Origin: a virus
Lineage: Duplodnaviria > Caudoviricetes
DNA: 53,147 bases
Strand: one strand, 5' to 3'
IMG/VR virus record: IMGVR_UViG_3300006793_000044
Span: 1 to 53,147 of that record
In this document: in pieces, positions 27,242 through 35,727 of the stretch
How the letters are laid out: the number at the start of each line of letters is the position of its first letter
Position numbering within the stretch: the first letter of the stretch is position 1
The notes under the pieces: model-generated
The model's input: the letters and a program-made list of their open reading frames with translations, nothing else
What the model was told of the DNA's origin: nothing
Databases searched by the model: none
Made by a program: the position numbers and the translations under genes

Positions 27242-27943
27242 ATGCAGCTATTAAATACCAATGAGTCCAACACCAAAATAAGAAAAAGCGCGAGCGGTAC
27301 TATCTACCGAATCGCTAGCCTATCCCTATATCCTGACATTCTGACTTGCCCGGGATCAGCTCTGGCTAATTGTATGGATGCTTGTTTAAAATCAGCTGGC
27401 CGGGGGCAAATGCAAAGCGTTGTTACCGCCAGACAATCTAAAACTGATCTTTATCATAACGACCCGGAGCGCTTTTTTGAGCTTCTAAACGATCAGTTAT
27501 TTGCTTTCGAGCGCTCTTGCGCTCGCCAAGGCAAAACACCGCTAGCCCGGTTAAACACAATTTCAGATATACCTTACGAAAAGCACGGGATCCCACAAAA
27601 CCACCCTAATATCGGTTTGTACGACTACACCAAACTAGCCTCGAGACTCGGCAGGACACCACCAAATTACAAATTGATGTTTAGCTATTCAGCTGAACCA
27701 AAATATCAAAACAGTGTGGCAATGGCATTAAAAACTAATTGCCCGGTGGCCGTAGTATTCCGGGGTGGATTGCCAAAGGTCTTTTTAAATCGCCCGGTAA
27801 TTGATGGTGATAAATCCGACATTGTGAACTTCAATTCTGGCGCTGTTGTCTTGGGTCTCAAGCTTAAAGGCCCCCGGCGGATCCAGACCATGAAAACAAA
27901 TTTCATAGTGGATAATCCAGAGCTCGAGAGGATAGCAGCATGA
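27242..27943 (+). CDS. gp88-like protein
   Basis: CP......C...CL...GRG, RLNTISD, YDYTK motifs; start reassigned to ATG after GGAGAACGACCA. Confidence 0.75.
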   Translation: MQLLNTNESNTKIRKSASGTIYRIASLSLYPDILTCPGSALANCMDACLKSAGRGQMQSVVTARQSKTDLYHNDPERFFELLNDQLFAFERSCARQGKTPLARLNTISDIPYEKHGIPQNHPNIGLYDYTKLASRLGRTPPNYKLMFSYSAEPKYQNSVAMALKTNCPVAVVFRGGLPKVFLNRPVIDGDKSDIVNFNSGAVVLGLKLKGPRRIQTMKTNFIVDNPELERIAA

Positions 27944-28209
27944 TGTATGACGGCGGATACGATTGGTTTAATGGAATGTCGAATAGAGCTGTGCGAGCAT
28001 ATAGCGAGGGAAAGCTTCCGGTTTCAAAGATCACACTGGCCGCGCTTCGCGCTGCCGGGTGGCACGGGACAAAAAAGGCAGCGCTGGCATATATTAATTC
28101 TGGCGAGTGGAAATCTTGCGAATGGCATCACACTTCAAAGCATTATAATCGAACCTATTTCTTTGACCTTTCTGATGTTGTGGAAATTCAAGAGAGGATA
28201 GCAGCATGA
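27940..28209 (+). CDS. Conserved phage hypothetical protein
   Basis: GMSNRAV.AY.EG..P...EWHHTSK.YN.T.F motif; ATGA coupling. Confidence 0.7.
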   Translation: MMYDGGYDWFNGMSNRAVRAYSEGKLPVSKITLAALRAAGWHGTKKAALAYINSGEWKSCEWHHTSKHYNRTYFFDLSDVVEIQERIAA

Positions 28210-28388
28210 AAAGAAGGATTGATTTAACCCCGACTTGGTCAGCTATAACCCCGGCGCTGCTCGATGCATTCCTGCACACAACAGACAGTGGCAACCGGGC
28301 AGACATGAAAAAAGAGCTCGAGCGCATGGCAGGGTTGGCGGATCTTTGGGTTGAGCACGTAAAGAGCGGAGCAGCTGATGAAAACTAG
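28206..28388 (+). CDS. Hypothetical protein
   Basis: IDLTPTW...ELERMA.LAD; coupled ORF. Confidence 0.65.
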   Translation: MKRRIDLTPTWSAITPALLDAFLHTTDSGNRADMKKELERMAGLADLWVEHVKSGAADEN

Positions 28389-28623
28389 AATCCATGTTAA
28401 CCAGCATATCATCCGGGCAAATAAACATAAGCTCGAGCCAGCGCATGACGCGCCGTTAACTGTAAAAGACTACAAACAAAATCGGAAGGCTTACGAGGCT
28501 CACGTATCCGGGCCTTGCAAGGTAGTTTATAGGCCCCGGGATCCGCTGCCATGTGGCGCTAAGGTCTGGATTGAAACCGAAAGCGAAGTGATCACGCTCG
28601 AAAATATCGAGTATTCCGGGTGA
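28378..28623 (+). CDS. Conserved phage hypothetical protein
   Basis: IHVNQH.IR.N...PL.CGAKVWIET motif. Confidence 0.75.
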   Translation: MKTRIHVNQHIIRANKHKLEPAHDAPLTVKDYKQNRKAYEAHVSGPCKVVYRPRDPLPCGAKVWIETESEVITLENIEYSG

Positions 28624-28788
28624 GCTATTTTTATATGCTAGTTGGTTTCTTTGCGTTCTGGTATTTCATAGCGCAATCAATACCATTTTAAAATTACGCT
28701 TGTAACGCTCGCAATGTTACACTAATAAAAACATTAAGAGCGGAATCTCTGCTCTTAATTAAACCTTAACAAGTACGGAGAACGACCA

Positions 28789-29700
28789 ATGCCAGATCTT
28801 ATCTATTCGCGGAGTGCATCCGCTAGCGAGCTGCCTTTAAGCGCTATTCATAGCAAGGCGAGCGCTGCTTTCACTGAACTACCAATCGAAGGCGTATCAA
28901 AAAACTATGGTCATTTACGCACCATAGATCTGCTCCCGGTATTAAAAGACTATGGATATCTCCCGGTGCAAGCAGCGCAAACCAGCGCACGGAAAAAAGA
29001 CAAAATCGGCCACCAGAATCACATGTTAGCGTTTGCTCATGAAAATGATCTAATGCAGCCAAGCGATGGCCGCCCGGAGATAATAATCTATAATTCAAGC
29101 GACAGATCGAGCGCTTTAAAATGTTTTGCCGGGTATTTCCGGGGAATATGCAGCAATGGGCTAGTTGCTGGTGATGGGTTCCAGAGTAAAGTGTACCACA
29201 ATATCAAAAATATCATGAGCTTTGAGGATCAATTACGCGATATGATAGCGAGATTGCCCGAAATGTTGGGCTTAGTTGATAAAATGAAAGGCACGTTAAT
29301 CGACGGCCAGACCGGGCTCGAGATAGCAGAATCTGGGGCAAGCTTGCGCTGGGCCAATTGGGAAAAAGAGCAGTTTCGGGCTTGGAATACGGCCAGAAAA
29401 GCAGAAAAGAACTTTAACGATATCGAGCTTGCCCGGGGGTCATACTACACGGATCAAACTATTTCGGATTTGCTCGACAGCAAACGCCCGGGCGAGCGTT
29501 CCTTAGAAAAACAAACTGCGAGCTTATGGCACGTATTTAACCGGGTTCAGGAAGGATTGATTCGCGGCAAAACGGAAATCCAGAGCGTCAGCAATTTGCG
29601 CCCGTCAGGCACCACTCGCAAAGCAACCGGGCTGACCAGCGTCCCGAAAAGCGTGAAAGTAAACCGGGAATTTTGGGATTGTGCGGCAGCCTATGCTTAA
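28789..29700 (+). CDS. DUF932-family protein
   Basis: PEIIIYNSSD.SS....AG.FR.ICSNGL and SLW..FNRVQE motifs. Confidence 0.8.
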   Translation: MPDLIYSRSASASELPLSAIHSKASAAFTELPIEGVSKNYGHLRTIDLLPVLKDYGYLPVQAAQTSARKKDKIGHQNHMLAFAHENDLMQPSDGRPEIIIYNSSDRSSALKCFAGYFRGICSNGLVAGDGFQSKVYHNIKNIMSFEDQLRDMIARLPEMLGLVDKMKGTLIDGQTGLEIAESGASLRWANWEKEQFRAWNTARKAEKNFNDIELARGSYYTDQTISDLLDSKRPGERSLEKQTASLWHVFNRVQEGLIRGKTEIQSVSNLRPSGTTRKATGLTSVPKSVKVNREFWDCAAAYA

Positions 29701-29793
29701 GATCCTCGAGGATGTTCTGGCAGTAATTGCTATTTGTCTTTTGCTTTATCTGGCTATGCTTTACGGCCATGCACTAGGTCTTGAATAAGAAAT

Positions 29794-29827
29794 AAAAGAG
29801 CGCTCAATAAAGAGCGCTCTTTTTTTA
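29794..29827 (+). terminator. Rho-independent terminator (possibly bidirectional)
   Basis: AAAAGAGCGCTC/GAGCGCTCTTTT plus T run. Confidence 0.8.
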
Positions 29828-29901
29828 TTTGATTAACTGCAATTAATACCCTAACAATTAACTTACTGGGAACGGATCCCGGCAATATCGGAGAACGACC
29901 A

Positions 29902-30261
29902 ATGCAATTAATCACTAATGAAATCAGAATACAGCTCGAGCTTAACTATATCGAGAATCAAAAAGCAGAAATGAGCGATTACGACTTTGACCCCCGGCCA
30001 GTGGTAAAGCTCTTTAATCCGTGCGGATCTCAGACTTGGTTACTTACTGAGATCGAGCCTAAAACTAACAACGCTTTCGGGCTTTGTGATATGGGCATGG
30101 GATCGCCAGAGCTTGGCTATGTATCGATTACGCAACTTGCAGAGATCGAGATTCCGGGTTGGCGCAATATGGGAATAGAGCGCGATATTCACTTTAACCC
30201 GGTCATGACCATCTCAGAATATGCGGATCAAGCCCGTGAAACCGGGAGTATTGCAGCATGA
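29902..30261 (+). CDS. DUF2958-family protein
   Basis: PVVKLFNP.G..TWLLTE, FGLCD.G.G.PELGYVS, IERD.HF. Confidence 0.85.
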   Translation: MQLITNEIRIQLELNYIENQKAEMSDYDFDPRPVVKLFNPCGSQTWLLTEIEPKTNNAFGLCDMGMGSPELGYVSITQLAEIEIPGWRNMGIERDIHFNPVMTISEYADQARETGSIAA

Positions 30262-30434
30262 ATATTGATCCAGAAACAAAACGCGAAGCGCTCATATTTT
30301 TGCAGACTATGCTGGACAACCCAGATGTTCACATGTTTGAGACTCCGCCCTATTTAACAGAGCTTTACGGAATAAACCGACATGACGCTAAAGAGCTCAT
30401 GTTTGAATTTCTTGAAACGTGTAAGGGGTCTTAA
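30258..30434 (+). CDS. 58 aa hypothetical protein (not in ORF track)
   Basis: ATGA overlap; MNIDPETKREALIFL...; fills gap to next gene. Confidence 0.6.
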   Translation: MNIDPETKREALIFLQTMLDNPDVHMFETPPYLTELYGINRHDAKELMFEFLETCKGS

Positions 30435-30435
30435 T

Positions 30436-30819
30436 ATGACCAATATACAAATCACTGCAGACCATGCAGCAGCTGGCGGATTTAAGATCTTAACAGCTGA
30501 GCAAGAAAAGCAATTTCGCGCTGGCGCTTGGAAAGACTACAAGCCCCAAACGAAAATCAATCCGTTATGGCACCCGGTCTATCAATCTGAGTGCAGGGCA
30601 ATTAACACAGCCGCCGGGATCCATAAAATTTATCTGGCGATTGATAATGCCCGGGCGCTGCTCGAGGAATTAAGCGCGGATCTAATGCAGGATGACGAAA
30701 ACCCGGATCTGGACTTGGACACTATAGCGACGCTCGAGGATGTATCGGCAGCTGCAGAGCAGCTAGCAGACCAATTGAACGAGCTGCCAAACGTGAGCCA
30801 AGTGGGAGATTTAATATGA
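30436..30819 (+). CDS. Hypothetical protein with acidic helical C-terminus
   Basis: Start reassigned to ATG 30436 after AAGGGG. Confidence 0.6.
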   Translation: MTNIQITADHAAAGGFKILTAEQEKQFRAGAWKDYKPQTKINPLWHPVYQSECRAINTAAGIHKIYLAIDNARALLEELSADLMQDDENPDLDLDTIATLEDVSAAAEQLADQLNELPNVSQVGDLI

Positions 30820-31121
30820 CTCTGGATCTGGAAAGCTTCAAGCTCCCGGCGCACTGGGCTAGCCCCTTAATCAATGGTGATATCTCTGGTCTATCAATTA
30901 AAGAGTGTCGCCAGCTCGACTCTTTCGAGACTAAAATGCTAAAAAAATATGGCAGCTGCCATGCAATAGATTGCAGCAGCGAACCGCATTTTATGAAGTA
31001 TCATGATGCCCATATGTTTGGTGTTCTGGCGTGTGACGTTTTGGAATTTACTTTTGATGTCACTGGTCAAGAGGAACAAGGAATGTATTGCACGCATTAC
31101 GACCCGGAGTCAGACCAATGA
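30816..31121 (+). CDS. Conserved phage hypothetical protein
   Basis: LPAHWAS.LINGD.SGL motif; coupled ORF. Confidence 0.7.
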   Translation: MTLDLESFKLPAHWASPLINGDISGLSIKECRQLDSFETKMLKKYGSCHAIDCSSEPHFMKYHDAHMFGVLACDVLEFTFDVTGQEEQGMYCTHYDPESDQ

Positions 31122-31336
31122 GCAGCTGCACAAACAAAGTAAGTTATTGGATCCCTCGAGGATACTCTTACAAAGAATATTTTGTGCAGTGTGGCCGCAC
31201 GGATCCACACGGCGACCGGGCAATATGTGACACATGCAGCAGCAGCCCGGTGGTTATGCGCGAGATAGAGCAGCTCGAGGATAATATCAGAGCGGATAAT
31301 GCAGCGCTCGCTAGCGCTGGCTGGGGTGAAATCTAG
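31118..31336 (+). CDS. Small Cys-rich (zinc-binding) protein
   Basis: C...CG.T.PHG...ICD.C; ATG 31118 after GGAGTCAGACCA. Confidence 0.6.
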   Translation: MSSCTNKVSYWIPRGYSYKEYFVQCGRTDPHGDRAICDTCSSSPVVMREIEQLEDNIRADNAALASAGWGEI

Positions 31337-31340
31337 CCAG

Positions 31341-31770
31341 CAGCTGCATAACAATTGATTTTAAAAGAGCGCCCGGGGTTAACATTCCGGGCGTTTTTGT
31401 GTGGATCCAAGCCCGGTAATAGGCGCTCTCGAGCAGCTGGCCAGCGGATCCCGGGAGATATCGAGCGCTATAGATGCACCAGCTGGCCACCAGCTCCCGG
31501 GCTTTTGATTCCGTCATTATGCTCCCGGCAGCTGCCCGGATCTGTATTTTTTAATTATCTCGAGCAGCTGGCCGACCTATTACTACAAGGTAATTAGCCA
31601 GCTGCTCGCAATCTATTGTTTTGCTTAGGTTTACTGGCCAGCTGCCCGGGAAATGTATAGAATATCGAGCTTTTAACTGTAAAATCTGGCTATTTGGGGC
31701 CTAAATCGAGCAGTTTCGGCAGATCCCGGGAAAAAATTGACCCGGGCGAGCGCCACCCCCCCTAGTGCCG
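31341..31770. repeat. Palindrome-rich non-coding block (CAGCTG, CCGG; 16 bp direct repeat)
   Basis: 7 CAGCTG and 10 CCGG counted by eye; TCTCGAGCAGCTGGCC at 31427 and 31558. Confidence 0.7.
31367..31398 (+). terminator. Terminator of early island
   Basis: GAGCGCCCGG/CCGGGCGTTT stem plus T run. Confidence 0.7.
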
Positions 31771-31966
31771 TTAGCGTATACAACTCTTACCCAATTTTAG
31801 AAAAACTCACCTGTAAACCTCGTCCACAAATCTCCTTCTGTCACTATTATTTTTATTCAGCCCGAATATTCGGCGGTATTGCTGTAAATATAGGCCCCAA
31901 AGCATTGACTTAATGTATATACTAATGTATATGCTAAGGTAGTTTGGCTATAAAAAGAGTATACCT

Positions 31967-32305
31967 ATGGAATCTCGGAAGATTGAGATAGCTAATCAGG
32001 TTGATGTGTCCAATTCCCTCAGTTTTGATGCCGATACGGGCTTAGTGGTTGATTGTTTGATCCATCCATTGGGTGATGATGATCCGATACATGAGCAGTA
32101 CCGTTTTGAGAGCATGGTTGATGAGACTATTGAGCTCGGGAAGTACTCTGAGGACTATCAGAACTTGTATTGTGTGGCTCATGAGCTCAATCGGCATTCT
32201 GAGCGTGTAAGGGATTGCGCGAACCGTCTTGAGGATGCGAATTTAGTGGATGATATGTTTAATGTCGATGTGAATGACTTGCTCGATGTGGACATGGATG
32301 ATTGA
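31967..32305 (+). CDS. Acidic hypothetical protein
   Basis: ORF after AT-rich promoter-like region. Confidence 0.65.
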   Translation: MESRKIEIANQVDVSNSLSFDADTGLVVDCLIHPLGDDDPIHEQYRFESMVDETIELGKYSEDYQNLYCVAHELNRHSERVRDCANRLEDANLVDDMFNVDVNDLLDVDMDD

Positions 32306-32721
32306 TAGCTTTCCCGGATCACTTGGCAGAGGCCTCTGGCCCCGCTACGAACCGCTCAAGAGGTCGGGCGGGGGAGATACTGGCGAGCTACTACCTAGAA
32401 AGATGCGGCATACCGTGTTCTATTGTAGACCGATTTGGTACGGACATCTGGGCCCGGTCCCCGGGCGGACAGTATTTCTCTGTAGAGGTTAAATCGGCCC
32501 GTATTCAACCAGCCCCTTATAATTCTCTTTATTTTAAGATTGAAACTAAAAAAGCAGACCAGTTTGTGCTGATCTGCTTTGATAATTCATTAATTCGTAT
32601 TCTATCGAGGGACGCCCTTACGCGCCTATGCCCCGGAGGGGCGTTTAGGCGCAAGGGCTCCTACTTTACCGAAGAGCTTATGTGGGAAGATTTAAGCCGT
32701 CTTAAGGCGGCATACTCTTAA
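32302..32721 (+). CDS. PD-(D/E)XK nuclease-like protein
   Basis: GRAGE, TD, VEVKS motif order. Confidence 0.65.
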   Translation: MIAFPDHLAEASGPATNRSRGRAGEILASYYLERCGIPCSIVDRFGTDIWARSPGGQYFSVEVKSARIQPAPYNSLYFKIETKKADQFVLICFDNSLIRILSRDALTRLCPGGAFRRKGSYFTEELMWEDLSRLKAAYS

Positions 32722-32816
32722 GCGTAAGCTTTAAAGTAGGGCTCTATATATATTACCGCCCGGGAGTGTACTTCCCACTATATCATGAATAGCTCACTTT
32801 GTAAATACCCTTACTG

Positions 32817-32844
32817 TTGACTTCAGCCTTAAATATGATATAAT
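32817..32844 (+). promoter_or_regulatory. Sigma70 promoter TTGACT-N16-TATAAT with extended TG
   Basis: Near-consensus boxes directly upstream of ORF 32854. Confidence 0.7.
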
Positions 32845-32853
32845 GGATATTAG

Positions 32854-33084
32854 ATGATCAATTTGATCTACATCCGTGCGGCCATCGAGCAAGCCACGGG
32901 ACAACATCTAACTTTAGAGCGTGTAAGGGAGCTCCTCGTAGAGGAGGGCCTGATCACTGCAAAGCAAGCTAGAGAGAAAGCTACCATCTTCAGCGGCTAC
33001 CGGGATTTCTATAATTTTGATTCCGCATCCAAGGATACCAAGGATAAGAGCGTTGATGAGGGTTTACCAGATAACTGTATTTAG
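32854..33084 (+). CDS. Conserved small phage protein
   Basis: YIRAAIE..TG..L motif; follows promoter. Confidence 0.65.
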   Translation: MINLIYIRAAIEQATGQHLTLERVRELLVEEGLITAKQAREKATIFSGYRDFYNFDSASKDTKDKSVDEGLPDNCI

Positions 33085-33095
33085 GAGCACTTGAG

Positions 33096-33254
33096 ATGCC
33101 ACAAGGCAAGGGAACTTACGGAAGCAAGGTTGGTCGGCCACCGAAGGACAAGAAGAAGTCTGCTAAGATGAATTATGGCGGTATGGCTAAGAAGACCACG
33201 CCGAAGATGATGCATGGTGGCATGGCTAAGAAGAAGACTGCTAAGAAGGCATAA
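33096..33254 (+). CDS. 52 aa Lys-rich protein (not in ORF track)
   Basis: MPQGKGTYGSKVGRPP... with two MxxGGMAKK repeats; AGGAG RBS. Confidence 0.7.
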   Translation: MPQGKGTYGSKVGRPPKDKKKSAKMNYGGMAKKTTPKMMHGGMAKKKTAKKA

Positions 33255-33293
33255 CGGGTATTAAATACTACCATAAGTAAGACGTTTATTAAG

Positions 33294-33346
33294 ATGATTT
33301 GTACGCCACACCGTAAATTTATGATTTGTACGCCACACCGTAAATT
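33294..33346 (+). repeat. 26 bp exact tandem duplication
   Basis: ATGATTTGTACGCCACACCGTAAATT at 33294 and 33321. Confidence 0.95.
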
Positions 33347-33354
33347 AGGTTATT

Positions 33355-33531
33355 ATGCGTAAATTCTTACAAGCTATCTTGAAATCAATTGTCGCTCACC
33401 AACGTAGGAGAGCGGCGTATTGGCAGATTAAACATCTAAAAACACTAGAGCATATGACACAGAAAGATTTTGAGGACATAGGTCTAAGTCGTGGCGAAAT
33501 CTACTACGCTTTATATCACAACAAAAGGTAG
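33355..33531 (+). CDS. DUF1127 (YjiS-like) small protein, 58 aa (not in ORF track)
   Basis: ...QRRRAAYWQ...LEHMTQKDFEDIGLSRGEI matches the L..M....L.DIGL.R..I signature. Confidence 0.75.
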   Translation: MRKFLQAILKSIVAHQRRRAAYWQIKHLKTLEHMTQKDFEDIGLSRGEIYYALYHNKR

Positions 33532-33540
33532 GAATATGAG

Positions 33541-33744
33541 ATGTGGATCGGGGTAATACTGATTTGTACGAATTTGCATTCGATACACAGCTGCCAAGCA
33601 ATGGTCCGCAATACAAACCTTTTTGAGAGTGAGAAAGAGTGCCGTGAAACGGTGCCCGGTGAATTAGATCAAATGCTAGCTAAGTTTGGTGGCTGGGGCC
33701 ATTCGAATTGTCTACCTCTCCCGACTTACGGAGTGGCTCTTTAA
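33541..33744 (+). CDS. Small secreted/Cys-containing protein
   Basis: Hydrophobic N-terminus; F.S..EC...C pattern. Confidence 0.6.
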   Translation: MWIGVILICTNLHSIHSCQAMVRNTNLFESEKECRETVPGELDQMLAKFGGWGHSNCLPLPTYGVAL

Positions 33745-33768
33745 TTATAGCTCTGGGGAGGGCTGATA

Positions 33769-34245
33769 GTGATTGACCCTCTTTCTGCTATGACTGCCGC
33801 TGGTCTGGCATTTTCCACTTTTAAGAAAGTTATCGGCACTGCCAAGGATGTCGAATCCATCTCGAAAACTTTGGGGGATTGGTATGGTGCCTGTGCAGAT
33901 GTAAATGCAGCTGAGCGCCAAAGAAAACAGCCTACGTTTCTCGAAAAAATGTCTGCAGGTACGGATAATATAGACGCTGAGTCTATAAAAATCCTTATGC
34001 ATAAGAAAACGCTGCTAGATCGCGAAAAGCAGATTCGCTTCATGTTGGACATGAAATGGGGTCATGGCACATACGACGAGCTCTCTGATATGCGTAAGAA
34101 GATGCGTGAGGAGCGGCGGCAACAAGAACACGCTCGAATTGAGACTAAAAGGCAGATTGCTAACAACGCCGTTATAGGCGGATTATCTTTAGCAATTCTA
34201 AGTGTGCTGGGGGGAGGTATATACCTCCTGACGTTAGCACTATGA
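33769..34245 (+). CDS. Conserved phage membrane protein
   Basis: MIDP.S N-terminus, coiled coil, C-terminal TM helix. Confidence 0.7.
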   Translation: MIDPLSAMTAAGLAFSTFKKVIGTAKDVESISKTLGDWYGACADVNAAERQRKQPTFLEKMSAGTDNIDAESIKILMHKKTLLDREKQIRFMLDMKWGHGTYDELSDMRKKMREERRQQEHARIETKRQIANNAVIGGLSLAILSVLGGGIYLLTLAL

Positions 34246-34499
34246 ACGTAGTTCTTCCGCTTATCCTAATAGGCTCTTTGGTGAACCCCGAATACGTTAC
34301 CTGCAGCTTATGGAAGCGTACAGAGGGCGTAGATGGCAAGGTATGTGTCTATCGAGGACCAAACCAGACAATAGCTTACCACTACGTTCAGAGATCGTTC
34401 ACCGAGTGTCCTCGTCAGTTTCAATGTCGTTACGCACCAAATGCTAAAGCTAAGATTTCAATCAAGGATATCATGAAAGGTATATCGGATGGCTTCTGA
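34242..34499 (+). CDS. Small Cys-rich exported protein
   Basis: TC.L...C.Y.G...ECP..FQC motif. Confidence 0.65.
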   Translation: MNVVLPLILIGSLVNPEYVTCSLWKRTEGVDGKVCVYRGPNQTIAYHYVQRSFTECPRQFQCRYAPNAKAKISIKDIMKGISDGF

Positions 34500-34698
34500 C
34501 ATAACAGGCATATCTTCTATGTATCGCCCACCAGCATTTCGTGACACTCAGCCAGCGAATATCCCTATAGCACTTTGTTACAATAAGAACCTTATCCCGG
34601 CGGTTGCACCGCCGACAGCGCACGACCTTACATATGACCGATTTTCTCGCCTAGTTCCGAAGGTTTCTCTCGGTAATGTGATCAATGTAGTGGTGTAG
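34489..34698 (+). CDS. Hypothetical protein
   Basis: Coupled ORF. Confidence 0.5.
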   Translation: MASDITGISSMYRPPAFRDTQPANIPIALCYNKNLIPAVAPPTAHDLTYDRFSRLVPKVSLGNVINVVV

Positions 34699-34700
34699 CC

Positions 34701-34943
34701 GTGTCCACAAAGAAGAAGTATTCCAAGACAGTTAAGAACCCCAAGACGGGCCGTAAGAAAACGGTGAAATACGGGGCAAAGGGTTACAGCATTGCTCCCG
34801 GAACAAAGCGGGGAGACAGCTACTGCGCCCGTTCTCACGGGCAGATGAAGAAGCATCCCAAAGCAGCTAAAAACCCAAATAGTCCGCTACGGCTATCTAG
34901 GGCTAAATGGAAATGTAGCGGTAAGAAGTCGAGGCGCAAGTAA
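34701..34943 (+). CDS. Basic conserved phage protein
   Basis: SYCARS.GQ...PNS.L..SR..WKC motif. Confidence 0.75.
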   Translation: MSTKKKYSKTVKNPKTGRKKTVKYGAKGYSIAPGTKRGDSYCARSHGQMKKHPKAAKNPNSPLRLSRAKWKCSGKKSRRK

Positions 34944-35086
34944 TGTCACTAGTCAAAAATATGAATGCCCGTAAAAAAGCTGGGACATCGAGGACAAAAA
35001 AGAAAAGCACCGTGTCCCCTAAAGCTTACAAAAACATGCAAGCTGGATGGCCAAATTCTAAAAAGAATAAGGCTAAAAAGAAATGA
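34943..35086 (+). CDS. 47 aa Lys-rich protein (not in ORF track)
   Basis: MSLVKNMNARKKAGTSR...; TAATG and ATGA coupling on both sides. Confidence 0.65.
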   Translation: MSLVKNMNARKKAGTSRTKKKSTVSPKAYKNMQAGWPNSKKNKAKKK

Positions 35087-35349
35087 CTGATGCGCGATTG
35101 AAGCGCATGGAGGACAAGTTGGATACCTTATCCGAAGCAATTGTCCAAATGGCCAGAATGGAAGAGCGCATGATATCGCTTTTCAAGCGTCTTGATCGTG
35201 TCGATGAGACTTTCAATAAATTAGACCAACGCATGGATCAGATAGAGCAGACCAGTATTAAGCGCGGTCAAACCATAGCCTTTGCTGAACGATTGTTTTG
35301 GATCGTTATGACCGGGGCTGTGGGTTTAATATTTGTATATTTAAGGTAA
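35083..35349 (+). CDS. Coiled-coil protein with C-terminal TM (XhlA/holin-like)
   Basis: RL.R.E.KLD.L...ARMEER then hydrophobic C-terminus. Confidence 0.65.
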   Translation: MTDARLKRMEDKLDTLSEAIVQMARMEERMISLFKRLDRVDETFNKLDQRMDQIEQTSIKRGQTIAFAERLFWIVMTGAVGLIFVYLR

Positions 35350-35352
35350 CCT

Positions 35353-35727
35353 ATGGAAAAGAAGAAAAAGCCGCTCACAGAGCGACAGGAGCTATTCCTC
35401 GATAAGCTTACTGGTGAGGCCAATGGAGATCTCCGCACAGCAATGACTATGGCCGGGTACTCTGAGGCCACTGGTATTAGAGAAGCTATCCGCCCCATAC
35501 AAGACGATGTGATTGCTGCAGCCTCTATGATGATGGCGGTAAACGCTCCCAAAGCAGCTGCCAGCATGGTTGGTTTATTACAGGATCCTAATGTGCTTGG
35601 GGCGCGTAACCTTGTGGCCGCATCTAAAGAGATCTTAGATCGAGCTGGCGTTGTGAAGAAAGAGACGCTGGAGATTAAAGGAGCTGAAGGCGGTTTGTTT
35701 ATCTTACCTCCGAAACAAGATGAGTGA
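35353..35727 (+). CDS. terS: Terminase small subunit
   Basis: LTERQELF, A..AGYS, ILDRAG motifs; directly upstream of terL. Confidence 0.8.
   Translation: MEKKKKPLTERQELFLDKLTGEANGDLRTAMTMAGYSEATGIREAIRPIQDDVIAAASMMMAVNAPKAAASMVGLLQDPNVLGARNLVAASKEILDRAGVVKKETLEIKGAEGGLFILPPKQDE

Noticed and set aside
31355-31597. 80 aa ORF in the palindrome-rich block
   Set aside because: TTG start without RBS, runs through a terminator; likely spurious.
33294-33346. Mini CRISPR array
   Set aside because: Two copies separated by one base, no spacer, no cas operon.
33355-33531. Frameshifted DUF1127 pseudogene
   Set aside because: Re-reading codons across 33421-33480 shows the frame is intact.
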